A program made the translations under genes and the position numbers. A stretch of 32,000 nt of DNA, taken from Candidatus Karelsulcia muelleri. GTDB taxonomy: Bacteria; Bacteroidota; Bacteroidia; Flavobacteriales; Blattabacteriaceae. How positions within the stretch are numbered: position 1 is the stretch's first letter; each line of letters starts with the position of its first letter. Shown here one piece after another: positions 18,673 to 26,384 of this stretch. Below the pieces are notes generated by a model that made no database searches, had not been told where the DNA came from, and was given only the letters and a program-made list of their open reading frames with translations. The stretch covers positions 1 to 32,000 of the forward strand of contig NZ_CP069423.1 in NCBI RefSeq assembly GCF_016888765.1. Direction: 5' to 3'.

Positions 18673-20172
18673 TTAATTTAATAAAAACATTAGCTTTAGT
18701 ATTCTTTTCATCAGCTCCTTTTTTTTTAATATTTTAATTATAAAATAAATATCTAATCCAATTAATTTTCCAACCAAACTAATCCGTAAGATTTTAAATA
18801 AATAAGAGATCTTAATATTTTTGTTAAGAGCTAATTTATAAAAGAAAATTTTTAGTAATTTTAAATTATTTTTATCATTATTTTTTAACCATTCTATTAT
18901 TAGAAATAAAATGTTTTTATTTATATTTTTATTTAATAAAACTTTACTTATGTAAGTTTTCTTTAAACTTGGGGTTTTAAAGAAATAAATTGACTTTTCT
19001 ATGATTTGATAGACAAAAGTACATTGGGATCTAATTCGTAAAATAATTTGTTGTAGTTTTTGATCATTATTAAAAGAAATTTTTTTCTCTTTCAAACTTA
19101 TTTTAACTAACCGAGTCAAATCAGAAACCGATTGGCATTGTAGGTGTCTATGATTAATCCATTTCATTTTTTCTTTATCAAATCTAGCCGAAGTAAAATT
19201 AATATCTTTTAATGAAAAGGTAGATATTAATTCTTTTAATGAAAAAATTTCTTTATTTCCACCTGGATTCCAACCAAAAAAGGCTAACATATTAAGCAAA
19301 GCCTCTGGTAAATATCCTAATTCACGATACCCAAGAATAGTCGTTAATTTGATAGGATCTTTCCACTTTAATGGAAAGATAGGAAAATTGAATTGGTTCG
19401 AATTTCTTTTACTTAATTTACCTTTTCCTAAGGGATTTAAGATCAAAGGAAGATGTAAAAAATTAGGCATTTTCCAATTAAAAAAATTATACAACAATTG
19501 TAGTATAGGAAAAGAAGAAATCCATTCTTCTCCTTTAATGACATGTGAAATTTTCATAAGATGATCATCAATTACATTGGCTAAATGATAGGTAACATTG
19601 CCATCAGATTTTACTAATACCTTATCATCTAGTGAATTGGAATTTATGGAAATATTTCCACGTAATATATCATTAACTTTAATCGTCGTTGATGCTGGGA
19701 CTTTTAATCTTATTGTAGCCTGTTTTGTTTTTACATGCTTAAAAGCAAACTCATTCAATGAATTTTTTAGTTGACTTCTAGTTAAAGAATTATATAGAAA
19801 TAATTTCCCTTTTTCTTTATACTCATTTCTTATTTGTTTTAAATCAGCTTTGGTTTCAAAAGCATAATAAGCATATTCATTTTTCAATAAATATTTTATA
19901 TATTTTTTGTATATATGTTTTCTTTTAGATTGACGATAAGGCCCATATTTTCCGGTGTCTGGTCCCTCATCAGGAATAATCCCGCACCATTTAAGAGAAT
20001 TTAAAATATGTTTTTCAGATTTTTTAAGAAATCTTTCTTTATCTGTATCCTCAAATCTTAGGATAAAAGATCCTTTATTCTTCTTTGCAAATAAATAATT
20101 AAATAATGCAGTTCTTAAATTCCCTATATGGAATGGGCCAGTTGGACTGGGAGCAAAACGAACTCTTATCAT
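18673..20172 (-). CDS. gltX: Glutamyl-tRNA synthetase
   Basis: 499-aa ORF with IRVRFAPSPTGPFHIGNLRTALFNYLFA (HIGH) and GKLSKRN (KMSKS). Its ATG overlaps the rplI TGA (ATGA). Confidence 0.9.
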   Translation of the reverse strand: MIRVRFAPSPTGPFHIGNLRTALFNYLFAKKNKGSFILRFEDTDKERFLKKSEKHILNSLKWCGIIPDEGPDTGKYGPYRQSKRKHIYKKYIKYLLKNEYAYYAFETKADLKQIRNEYKEKGKLFLYNSLTRSQLKNSLNEFAFKHVKTKQATIRLKVPASTTIKVNDILRGNISINSNSLDDKVLVKSDGNVTYHLANVIDDHLMKISHVIKGEEWISSFPILQLLYNFFNWKMPNFLHLPLILNPLGKGKLSKRNSNQFNFPIFPLKWKDPIKLTTILGYRELGYLPEALLNMLAFFGWNPGGNKEIFSLKELISTFSLKDINFTSARFDKEKMKWINHRHLQCQSVSDLTRLVKISLKEKKISFNNDQKLQQIILRIRSQCTFVYQIIEKSIYFFKTPSLKKTYISKVLLNKNINKNILFLIIEWLKNNDKNNLKLLKIFFYKLALNKNIKISYLFKILRISLVGKLIGLDIYFIIKILKKKELMKRILKLMFLLN

Positions 20173-20624
20173 TTCTTTGGTTTAGTAATAATTATTATAT
20201 TAATTGTCTTAAATATTTTTTTACTAAATTTAACTTCAAATTTATATTGACCTATTTTATTAATTAGAGTTGTGTTAACATGGATTTGATCAATATTAAT
20301 ATTAATTTTTTTTTCTAAAAAAATATTAAAAATATCTGTTTTAGATAAAGTCTTATCCAAAACACCCGATTTACTTGCTGTTTTATAAAACACCCAATTT
20401 AATTTTTTAATTTTAATAATTTCTTTATTAAATTTATTAATAAGTTTTTTTTCATTATTTATATTTTTATTTAAAATATTAAAATATTTTTTTTTAAGTG
20501 AATCAGTAAATAAAATTGCTAGTTTTTTAGGAAATAAAAAATTTTTAGCATACCCTGGTTTAACATCAACTATATCATATTTAATTCCTAATTCTTTAAC
20601 CTCTTTAATTAAAAGAATTTTCAT
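20169..20624 (-). CDS. rplI: 50S ribosomal protein L9
   Basis: MKILLIKEVKELGIKYDIVDVKPGYAKNFLFPKKLA is a canonical L9 N-terminus. The ORF is open to 20666, but the ATG at 20624 lies 4 nt after the rpsR stop. Confidence 0.8.
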   Translation of the reverse strand: MKILLIKEVKELGIKYDIVDVKPGYAKNFLFPKKLAILFTDSLKKKYFNILNKNINNEKKLINKFNKEIIKIKKLNWVFYKTASKSGVLDKTLSKTDIFNIFLEKKININIDQIHVNTTLINKIGQYKFEVKFSKKIFKTINIIIITKPKK

Positions 20625-20628
20625 ATAT

Positions 20629-20898
20629 TTATTTAAAATTATCAGTAGTAAAAGGCAATAAACCAATATGTCGACATCTTTTTATAGCAATTTTAAGTCT
20701 TCTCTGTTTTTTAGTGGTAGTACCAGTTACTCTGCGAGGTAAAATCTCCCCTCTTTCATTTAAAAATTTTTTTAAAAGGTAAAAGTTTTTATAATCTATA
20801 AAATTAATTTGTTTATTTTGGAAATAACAGGTTTTATTCTTAGGTTTAGTTTCTATATTTAATGGCGTTAAATATTTAAGTGCCGCTTTTTTATTCAT
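20629..20898 (-). CDS. rpsR: 30S ribosomal protein S18
   Basis: 89-aa ORF with ...[32 protein letters not shown], the S18 signature region. It sits in the rpsF-rpsR-rplI order. Confidence 0.85.
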   Translation of the reverse strand: MNKKAALKYLTPLNIETKPKNKTCYFQNKQINFIDYKNFYLLKKFLNERGEILPRRVTGTTTKKQRRLKIAIKRCRHIGLLPFTTDNFK

Positions 20899-21247
20899 CT
20901 AATTTCTTATTTAAAGTTATATTAACTTTTGACTCGAAATAATTTAGAGCTTTCTTCTTAATTTTAAGAATTAAAAAACGAATTACATTTTCATCTTGAT
21001 TTAATTTTTTTTCTAAGTTTTTTACTGAGCTTTTTAGGATTTTACAATAAAATATATGATATATGCCAAATCTCTTTTTATTTATAATATATGCTAATTT
21101 TTTTTTACCCCATTTAATTTGATAAATTATTCTTCCTTCTCTTCTTAAGAAGTTTTCATAGGAAGAAATAATTTGTTTTTTTTCTTCTTCTGAAACAGTC
21201 GGAGAAATCACTATTAACGTTTCATAAAAGGCTGATTTTAAATCCAT
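20891..21247 (-). CDS. rpsF: 30S ribosomal protein S6
   Basis: 118-aa ORF with the pattern [15 protein letters not shown]...[21 protein letters not shown], typical of S6. It overlaps rpsR by 8 nt. Confidence 0.8.
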   Translation of the reverse strand: MDLKSAFYETLIVISPTVSEEEKKQIISSYENFLRREGRIIYQIKWGKKKLAYIINKKRFGIYHIFYCKILKSSVKNLEKKLNQDENVIRFLILKIKKKALNYFESKVNITLNKKLDE

Positions 21248-21262
21248 CTTGGGACATCTTTA

Positions 21263-21519
21263 TGGAGCTGACGGGAATCGAACCCGTGTCCAAACAAGCA
21301 ATATAATAAGATTTATACATATTTAGTAAGTTCTAATGTTAGCAGCCCTAAAATTATAACCAATCAATTTTGTAATATTTTAGCTTAAAAAAAGCTTAAG
21401 CTGCAAGAGAGTAATTTTTGCCATTTAGTTTTTTGTAATGAATTTTTTACGTGATTTCATTACATTTCACGATATGCTATCTTATTATATTTACTTGATG
21501 TCAAAACCAAATCAGCCCC
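21263..21519 (-). ncRNA. ssrA: tmRNA (ssrA), minimal ~257 nt; tag ORF GKNYSLAA*
   Basis: On the minus strand the 5' end is GGGGCTGATTTGG and the 3' end is GGACACGGGTTCGATTCCCGTCAGCTCCA. These form a tRNA-Ala-like acceptor stem with a G3:U70 pair and a T-arm ACGGG/TTCGATT/CCCGT. The internal tag frame is ggc aaa aat tac tct ctt gca gct taa (plus-strand coordinates 21396-21422). Its stop codon sits inside the hairpin AGCTTAA/TTAAGCT. Confidence 0.85.
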
Positions 21520-21520
21520 T

Positions 21521-21778
21521 TCAGTTATCTAACGATAAAACTGATATAAATTTTTTTATTCCTTTGTTTTTAAAACACACCTTTCCATAAATATAAGAAT
21601 GTATAGAATAATCTTTACTCATGTAAACATTTTGTAGAGGTAAAAATTTCGAACCACGTTGTTTTACAATTATATTTCCTGGTTTAACTATGTGGCCACC
21701 ATATGTTTTTACCCCTAAGCGTTTACTTCGAGAATCACGACCATTTCTAGAACTTCCAACTCCCTTTTTATGTGCCAT
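21521..21778 (-). CDS. rpmA: 50S ribosomal protein L27
   Basis: [35 protein letters not shown] is a canonical L27 sequence. Confidence 0.95.
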   Translation of the reverse strand: MAHKKGVGSSRNGRDSRSKRLGVKTYGGHIVKPGNIIVKQRGSKFLPLQNVYMSKDYSIHSYIYGKVCFKNKGIKKFISVLSLDN

Positions 21779-22100
21779 GTCTTATTTTTTTTACTATTGA
21801 TATAATTTTTATTTTAGTCATCTTTTGGCGATGACCTTTTTTCAGTTTATACCCTTTTCTTCTTTTTTTTTTAAAAACAATTATTTTTTTTTCTTTCCTA
21901 TGACCAATTACTTCTGCTAAAATGTAAATATTCTTCAAATATGGTCTGCCTATTTTAACCTTGCCATTATTTAGAAATAAAATAATTTTTTGGAACAAAA
22001 TTTGTTGGCCTATTTTTTCTAATTTTAAAAAAGGTATATATAAATCTTTCTCTTTTCTTGCCACAAACTGGTTACCTAAAGCTTCAAAACAAGCTTTCAT
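21768..22100 (-). CDS. rplU: 50S ribosomal protein L21
   Basis: 110-aa ORF immediately upstream of rpmA, overlapping it by 11 nt. It carries the pattern ...[31 protein letters not shown] typical of L21. Confidence 0.85.
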   Translation of the reverse strand: MKACFEALGNQFVARKEKDLYIPFLKLEKIGQQILFQKIILFLNNGKVKIGRPYLKNIYILAEVIGHRKEKKIIVFKKKRRKGYKLKKGHRQKMTKIKIISIVKKIRHGT

Positions 22101-22128
22101 AAAAATAAAATTATTTCGACATATTTTG

Positions 22129-22203
22129 TGGTCTCAGCTGGATTTGAACCAGCGACTTCTTGATTATGAGTCAAGTGCTCTAACCAAGCTGAGCTATGAG
22201 ACC
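22129..22203 (-). tRNA. tRNA with anticodon CAT, elongator type (Met, or Ile2 if C34 is lysidinylated)
   Basis: The reverse complement is GGTCTCA TA GCTC AGCTTGGTTA GAGC A CTTGA CTCATAA TCAAG AAGTC GCTGG TTCAAAT CCAGC TGAGACC A. It lacks the initiator GGG/CCC anticodon stem. Confidence 0.85.
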
Positions 22204-22226
22204 TAGCAAAATTTAACTAGTCTGAG

Positions 22227-23543
22227 TTATGTATAAATCTTTTTGGGAGATCTTGGAAATGGTATTACCTCTCTTATATTTTTCATATTTGTAATGAACT
22301 GAATTAGTCTATCAAAACCTAATCCGAACCCACTGTGTGGAACAGTTCCAAATTTTCGAGTATTAATATACCATTCTAGATCTTTTTGTTTTAATTTAAA
22401 ATATTGAATTTGTGATAATAGTATTTTATATCTTTCTTCTCTTTGTGAACCCCCAATAATTTCACCTACATAAGGAAAAATAATATCCATTGCTGATACT
22501 GTTTTCTTGTCTTTATTTATTCTCATATAAAATGGTTTTAAATCAATTGGATAATCAAATATAATTATCGGGGAATTAAAATAATTTTCTACTAAAAATT
22601 TTTCATGTTCTGACTTTAAATCTTTTCCCCATGTAATTTGATACCCATTTTGACTTAGAATTTTAAGGGATTTTGAGTAAGTTATTCTTTTAAAGTCTTT
22701 ATTTAATATTAAATTAATATTATTAAATATTTGATTGTTTTTATCCAAAAATAATAAATCCTCATAAGATAATTTAATAATTTTTTTCATTATATATTTA
22801 ATAAAATGCTCAGCTAAATACATATTATTTTTTAAATTAAAAAAAGCTACTTCTGGTTCTACCATCCAAAATTCTGCTAAATGTCTAGGAGTATTGGAAT
22901 TTTCGGCTCTAAAAGTAGGGCCAAAAGTATAAATTTTTCCTAATCCTAACGCCGCCGATTCTCCATGCAATTGTCCAGAAACTGTTAAAAAGGCATTTTC
23001 TCCAAAAAAATCTGATTTAGTAGTTACCTTAAACAGTTGACTATACCCTTCTGAATCATAATTAGTTATTATAGGGGTTTGAATATTATAAAACCCCCTT
23101 TTATTGAAATATTTATGAATTAGGTAAGAGACATTATGTCTAACCCTCATTATTGAACTAAATAAATTAGTACGAAATCTTAAATAAGCTTGTTGTCTTA
23201 ATTTATTAAAACTATGTTTTTTCGGTTGCAATATGGTCTTTTGAAAATCTTTCTCTTTGAATAAGCCATATATTCTTATGTTTTTTGCTAACAGCTCAAT
23301 AATTTGTTTATTTCCTTTGCTTAATACTATTTTGCCTTTTACTTTTAAAAAAGTACCTCTATTAAGTTTTCGGGTTTCATTTTTTACTATAAGTTGTAAA
23401 TTTCTTATGGTTGAACCATCGTTTATTATCACAAACTTTTTTAATTTATTTGATCTTATATGTTTTACCCACCCATTTACAACTATTTTTTGGTTTATTA
23501 AATTCGTATTTTGTTTTAAAATAGATCTTATCGTATGGCACAT
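22227..23543 (-). CDS. asnS: Asparaginyl-tRNA synthetase
   Basis: 438-aa ORF with class IIb motifs FRAENSNTPRHLAEFWMVEPE and GFGLGFDRL. Its start abuts the frr stop with no spacer. Confidence 0.9.
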   Translation of the reverse strand: MCHTIRSILKQNTNLINQKIVVNGWVKHIRSNKLKKFVIINDGSTIRNLQLIVKNETRKLNRGTFLKVKGKIVLSKGNKQIIELLAKNIRIYGLFKEKDFQKTILQPKKHSFNKLRQQAYLRFRTNLFSSIMRVRHNVSYLIHKYFNKRGFYNIQTPIITNYDSEGYSQLFKVTTKSDFFGENAFLTVSGQLHGESAALGLGKIYTFGPTFRAENSNTPRHLAEFWMVEPEVAFFNLKNNMYLAEHFIKYIMKKIIKLSYEDLLFLDKNNQIFNNINLILNKDFKRITYSKSLKILSQNGYQITWGKDLKSEHEKFLVENYFNSPIIIFDYPIDLKPFYMRINKDKKTVSAMDIIFPYVGEIIGGSQREERYKILLSQIQYFKLKQKDLEWYINTRKFGTVPHSGFGLGFDRLIQFITNMKNIREVIPFPRSPKKIYT

Positions 23544-24077
23544 CTAGATTTTAAGTATTTCTTTATTTTTATTTTCAAATATTTTTTCTATTTTATAAAT
23601 ATATTCTTTAGTTGCTTCAAGCACATCCTTTTTATATTTTTCAATTAAATCTGTTTCACTAAACTCTTTAATTATTTTATTATTATAATCTTTTCTTATA
23701 TTTCTTAAACTAATTTTAGCGGTTTCTAATTTTAGCTTATTACTTTTAATTATTTCTTTCCTCCTTTCTTCTGTTAAACTTGGAATTACTAATTTGAGAA
23801 ATTTCCCCTTGTTAATTGGAAGAATACCTAGGTTTGATTTAATTATACTTTTTTCGATTAGAGCCAAAGTTTTTTTTTCCCATGGCTTAATTAATATAGT
23901 TTTTGAATTTATTACTTCTAGGCTTGATAAATGATATAAAGGCACTTTATTTTTATAATATTCTACAGTAATATCGTCTAACATATCGGTATTGGCTTTT
24001 CCTATTCTAATTTTAGAAAGTTTATTTTTATAATAATATAAAATTTGATTCATTTTTTCTTTAATTTCTTTTTTCAT
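23544..24077 (-). CDS. frr: Ribosome recycling factor
   Basis: RRF pattern LSKIRIGKANTDMLDDITVEYY......L..LA.I.V.....L.I.PW...... and LTEERRKE. The ORF is open to 24143, but the ATG at 24077 gives a typical length of about 177 aa. Confidence 0.85.
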   Translation of the reverse strand: MKKEIKEKMNQILYYYKNKLSKIRIGKANTDMLDDITVEYYKNKVPLYHLSSLEVINSKTILIKPWEKKTLALIEKSIIKSNLGILPINKGKFLKLVIPSLTEERRKEIIKSNKLKLETAKISLRNIRKDYNNKIIKEFSETDLIEKYKKDVLEATKEYIYKIEKIFENKNKEILKI

Positions 24078-24176
24078 TTCTCTTTTGGGATTTGTTATGT
24101 AGTTTATATAAACTAATATTATGTTTGTTTTTAACATATCCATTATCTTATCTTATTAATTAATGTAAGAAAACCA

Positions 24177-25133
24177 ATGTCTAATTTTTTAACTGGTATT
24201 AAAAGTACTGGTCGTCCACATCTGGGGAATGTAATAGGAGTTATTTACCCTACTATATTTTTAACAAAGAATGAAAAGTTTAAAAAGAAATTTATTTTAA
24301 TTGCTAACCTTCATTCTATTACGAATTTAAAATATATTAAAAATAATAAAAACAATGCATACAAAATTTTAGCTGTTTGGTTAGCTTGTGGAATAGATTA
24401 TAAAAAATTTCTTTTTTATCGACAATCTGATTTACCAGAAGTTACTGAATTATTCTGGTTTTTTAGTATTATATATCCATATAATAGATTAAAATTAGTA
24501 CATTCTTTTAAAGAAAATGTAAAAAAAAAAAACACAATAAATACAGGAATATTAACATATCCAATTTTAATGGCTGCTGATATATTAATAAGTAAAGCCG
24601 AACTAGTATTAGTAGGAAAAGATCAACTACAGCACTTAGAAATAGCTAGAAAAATAGCCAAAAAAATAAATAATATAAAAAAAATCTTCCCACTTCCTCA
24701 AGCCATAGTACTTGAAAATTTAATACCCGGTACAGATGGAACCAAAATGAGTAAAACTAAAAATAACATTATAGATCTTTTTGCCTCTAAAAAAGAAATT
24801 AAAAAACAAATTCTGAAAATTAAGACACAAAAACAATTTTCAAGTAATAAAAAAGAATTATTAAAAGATAATTTATATAATATATATATCAGCTTGGCAG
24901 GGAAAGAAAAAAAAGAAAAAATAAAAAATAATTTTAAAATGGGATACGAACATGCAAAAGAAGAATTATATAGGTTTATAATAAAGAAATTTAAAAGAGA
25001 ACGTAATTTATATAAATACTACATAAAAAGAAAAAATAAGTTAGAAACAATTTTTAAAAAAGGGGCTCAAAAAATGAAACAAATAGTCAATTATACTATT
25101 TCTGAAGTTAGAAAAGCTTTCGAATGTAATTAG
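24177..25133 (+). CDS. trpS: Tryptophanyl-tRNA synthetase
   Basis: 318-aa ORF with TGIKSTGRPHLGNVIG (HIGH-type), YPILMAADIL...VGKDQLQHLEIAR and KMSKT. Confidence 0.85.
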   Translation: MSNFLTGIKSTGRPHLGNVIGVIYPTIFLTKNEKFKKKFILIANLHSITNLKYIKNNKNNAYKILAVWLACGIDYKKFLFYRQSDLPEVTELFWFFSIIYPYNRLKLVHSFKENVKKKNTINTGILTYPILMAADILISKAELVLVGKDQLQHLEIARKIAKKINNIKKIFPLPQAIVLENLIPGTDGTKMSKTKNNIIDLFASKKEIKKQILKIKTQKQFSSNKKELLKDNLYNIYISLAGKEKKEKIKNNFKMGYEHAKEELYRFIIKKFKRERNLYKYYIKRKNKLETIFKKGAQKMKQIVNYTISEVRKAFECN

Positions 25134-25328
25134 CAGTTCTCAATTTTTATGGGAAACAATTTACCTTAAATTGTGAGAGCAGAATTAAATACTGGACAAT
25201 TTTCTCAAAGAAATAAATTTCTTATTAACGTAATTTAAATTAATAAAATTAAAGCTAGTCAATTTACAGTAGTTTAAATAGTAAAGAAAATTAAAGAATT
25301 AATTAATAACTAAAAAGTTTTTATTAAA

Positions 25329-25418
25329 ATGCCAAATGGCAAAAAAAGAAAAAGAAAAAAAATAGCAACACATAAAAGAAAAAAACAAAGCAGAAAAAAT
25401 AGACATAAAAAGAAATAA
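25329..25418 (+). CDS. Small basic ribosomal peptide, bS22/THX class (29 aa: MPNGKKRKRKKIATHKRKKQSRKNRHKKK)
   Basis: Unlisted ORF found by hand: ATG at 25329, TAA at 25416-25418. It is Lys/Arg-rich and resembles, from memory, the ~29-aa Bacteroidota peptide of pattern MPSGKKRKRHK.ATHKRKKR.R.NRHKKK, which is annotated as a small-subunit ribosomal protein. The exact family name was not verified. Confidence 0.6.
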   Translation: MPNGKKRKRKKIATHKRKKQSRKNRHKKK

Positions 25419-25424
25419 TTTCTT

Positions 25425-25507
25425 GCGGATATGGTGGAATGGTATACACGCTAGACTTAGAATCTAGTATCTAAAAAGATATAAGGGTTCGAATCCCTTT
25501 ATCCGCA
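25425..25507 (+). tRNA. tRNA-Leu (TAG), class II
   Basis: GCGGATA TG GTGGAATGGTATACAC G CTAGA CTTAGAA TCTAG TATCTAAAAAGATAT AAGGG TTCGAAT CCCTT TATCCGC A. All stems pair, and the long variable arm is TATC/GATA. Confidence 0.9.
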
Positions 25508-25511
25508 ATCT

Positions 25512-25577
25512 GCCTGTATGGTGGCATGGTATACACGCTGAACTCAAAATCCTGTGGTTTCAAATACCACAACGTAT
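25512..25577 (+). pseudogene. Decayed tRNA-Leu-like paralogue (anticodon-loop CAA) lacking a 3' acceptor strand
   Basis: GCCTGTATGGTGGCATGGTATACACGCTGAACTCAAAATCCTG... matches the 5' 30 nt of the neighbouring tRNA-Leu almost base for base. The anticodon stem CTGAA/TCCTG has 2 mismatches in 5 pairs. A good stem-loop GTGGT TTCAAAT ACCAC (25554-25570) follows. No TACAGGC complement to the 5' acceptor strand exists downstream, where the sequence runs into the stop of the minus-strand ORF at 25582. Confidence 0.4.
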
Positions 25578-25581
25578 CTTA

Positions 25582-26322
25582 TTAAAACTTAAATAAGATT
25601 TTCTTCATCTTATTATTTTCTTTATTAGCTAAATAAAAATCTATTAGGATTCTACCACTAATTTCTTCAATAATTATTTTTTTTCTTTCTAATAATTCAT
25701 AATATTTTTGTTGAGTAATTAATATATATGTACCAAATGGTATCTTTTTATAAACTGGTACAACCGCTATTCCACTTATAGAAAGAATCTGTTTATATCT
25801 TTTTAAGAAATTTTTATTAATCTGTTTTTTTATTTTCTTTTCAATTTCTTTTAAAAAGATAAGCTGTTTCTTCAGTTTTTCTTTTATTTCTTTATAATTT
25901 ATAATTTTCCTTTTAAATATGAAGTCTTTAATCAGCAGATATTGTTTTATCGTTTTAATTTTTATTGATTTAATAAGAATTTTATTCTTTTTATTTAAAG
26001 CTTTTCTTTTCTTTAAAAGAAAATAAATATAATGATATTCGAGATCAAGCTCCAACTTTTTTTGAAGTGATTTTAAAAGTTGGATAATTTTTTTTTTATA
26101 TATATTTAATTTTGAATTACTTCTTAAAAGTTTTTTGTTATTTTTTAGTCTTTGTGTTAAAAAGAATAGATATCTTTTTTTTTGTTTTAAAAACAAAATA
26201 AATCTTATAATAAAGACTGTAAATATATTTATTATATAATTTAAATATTTTAAACGCAAATGAATTAATTGTAATCTATATATGTATTTTAATTGGGATT
26301 CAATCCTTGAATTAGTTTTCAT
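25582..26322 (-). CDS. Hypothetical coiled-coil protein, COG1579/zinc-ribbon-like C-terminus but cysteine-free
   Basis: 246-aa ORF. The N-terminal LKYIYRLQLIHLRLKYL and the C-terminal GIAVVPVYKKIPFGTYILITQQKYYELLERKKIIIEEISGRILIDF resemble, from memory, the family pattern L..L..LQ.ID..ID.. and GLAVV.V....C.GC...IPPQ....I....KII.CE.CGRIL. The whole protein contains no Cys. Confidence 0.45.
   Translation of the reverse strand: MKTNSRIESQLKYIYRLQLIHLRLKYLNYIINIFTVFIIRFILFLKQKKRYLFFLTQRLKNNKKLLRSNSKLNIYKKKIIQLLKSLQKKLELDLEYHYIYFLLKKRKALNKKNKILIKSIKIKTIKQYLLIKDFIFKRKIINYKEIKEKLKKQLIFLKEIEKKIKKQINKNFLKRYKQILSISGIAVVPVYKKIPFGTYILITQQKYYELLERKKIIIEEISGRILIDFYLANKENNKMKKILFKF
25825..25853. repeat. 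29-nt exact dispersed repeat, copy 1 (inside the COG1579-like ORF)
   Basis: tttttttattttcttttcaatttctttta is identical to 26341-26369. On the minus strand it encodes ..KEIEKKIKK.. Confidence 0.9.
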
Positions 26323-26340
26323 TTTTTCTTATTCTGAGGT

Positions 26341-26369
26341 TTTTTTTATTTTCTTTTCAATTTCTTTTA
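26341..26369. repeat. 29-nt exact dispersed repeat, copy 2 (spacer between the COG1579-like ORF start and the lipA start)
   Basis: Identical to 25825-25853. It lies 19 nt upstream of the ORF's own ATG (26322, minus strand) and 16 nt upstream of the lipA ATG (26385, plus strand). Confidence 0.9.
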
Positions 26370-26384
26370 TTTATTATTTGGATT

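Noticed and set aside
25134-25328. SRP (4.5S) RNA, 6S RNA or RNase P RNA in the trpS-downstream spacer.
   Set aside because: I could not find the conserved SRP helix-8 motif (GGAA/GNAR tetraloop flanked by AGCA-type symmetric loops in a long hairpin), nor any RNase P conserved regions. The region is too AT-rich and too short. Only generic hairpins are present.
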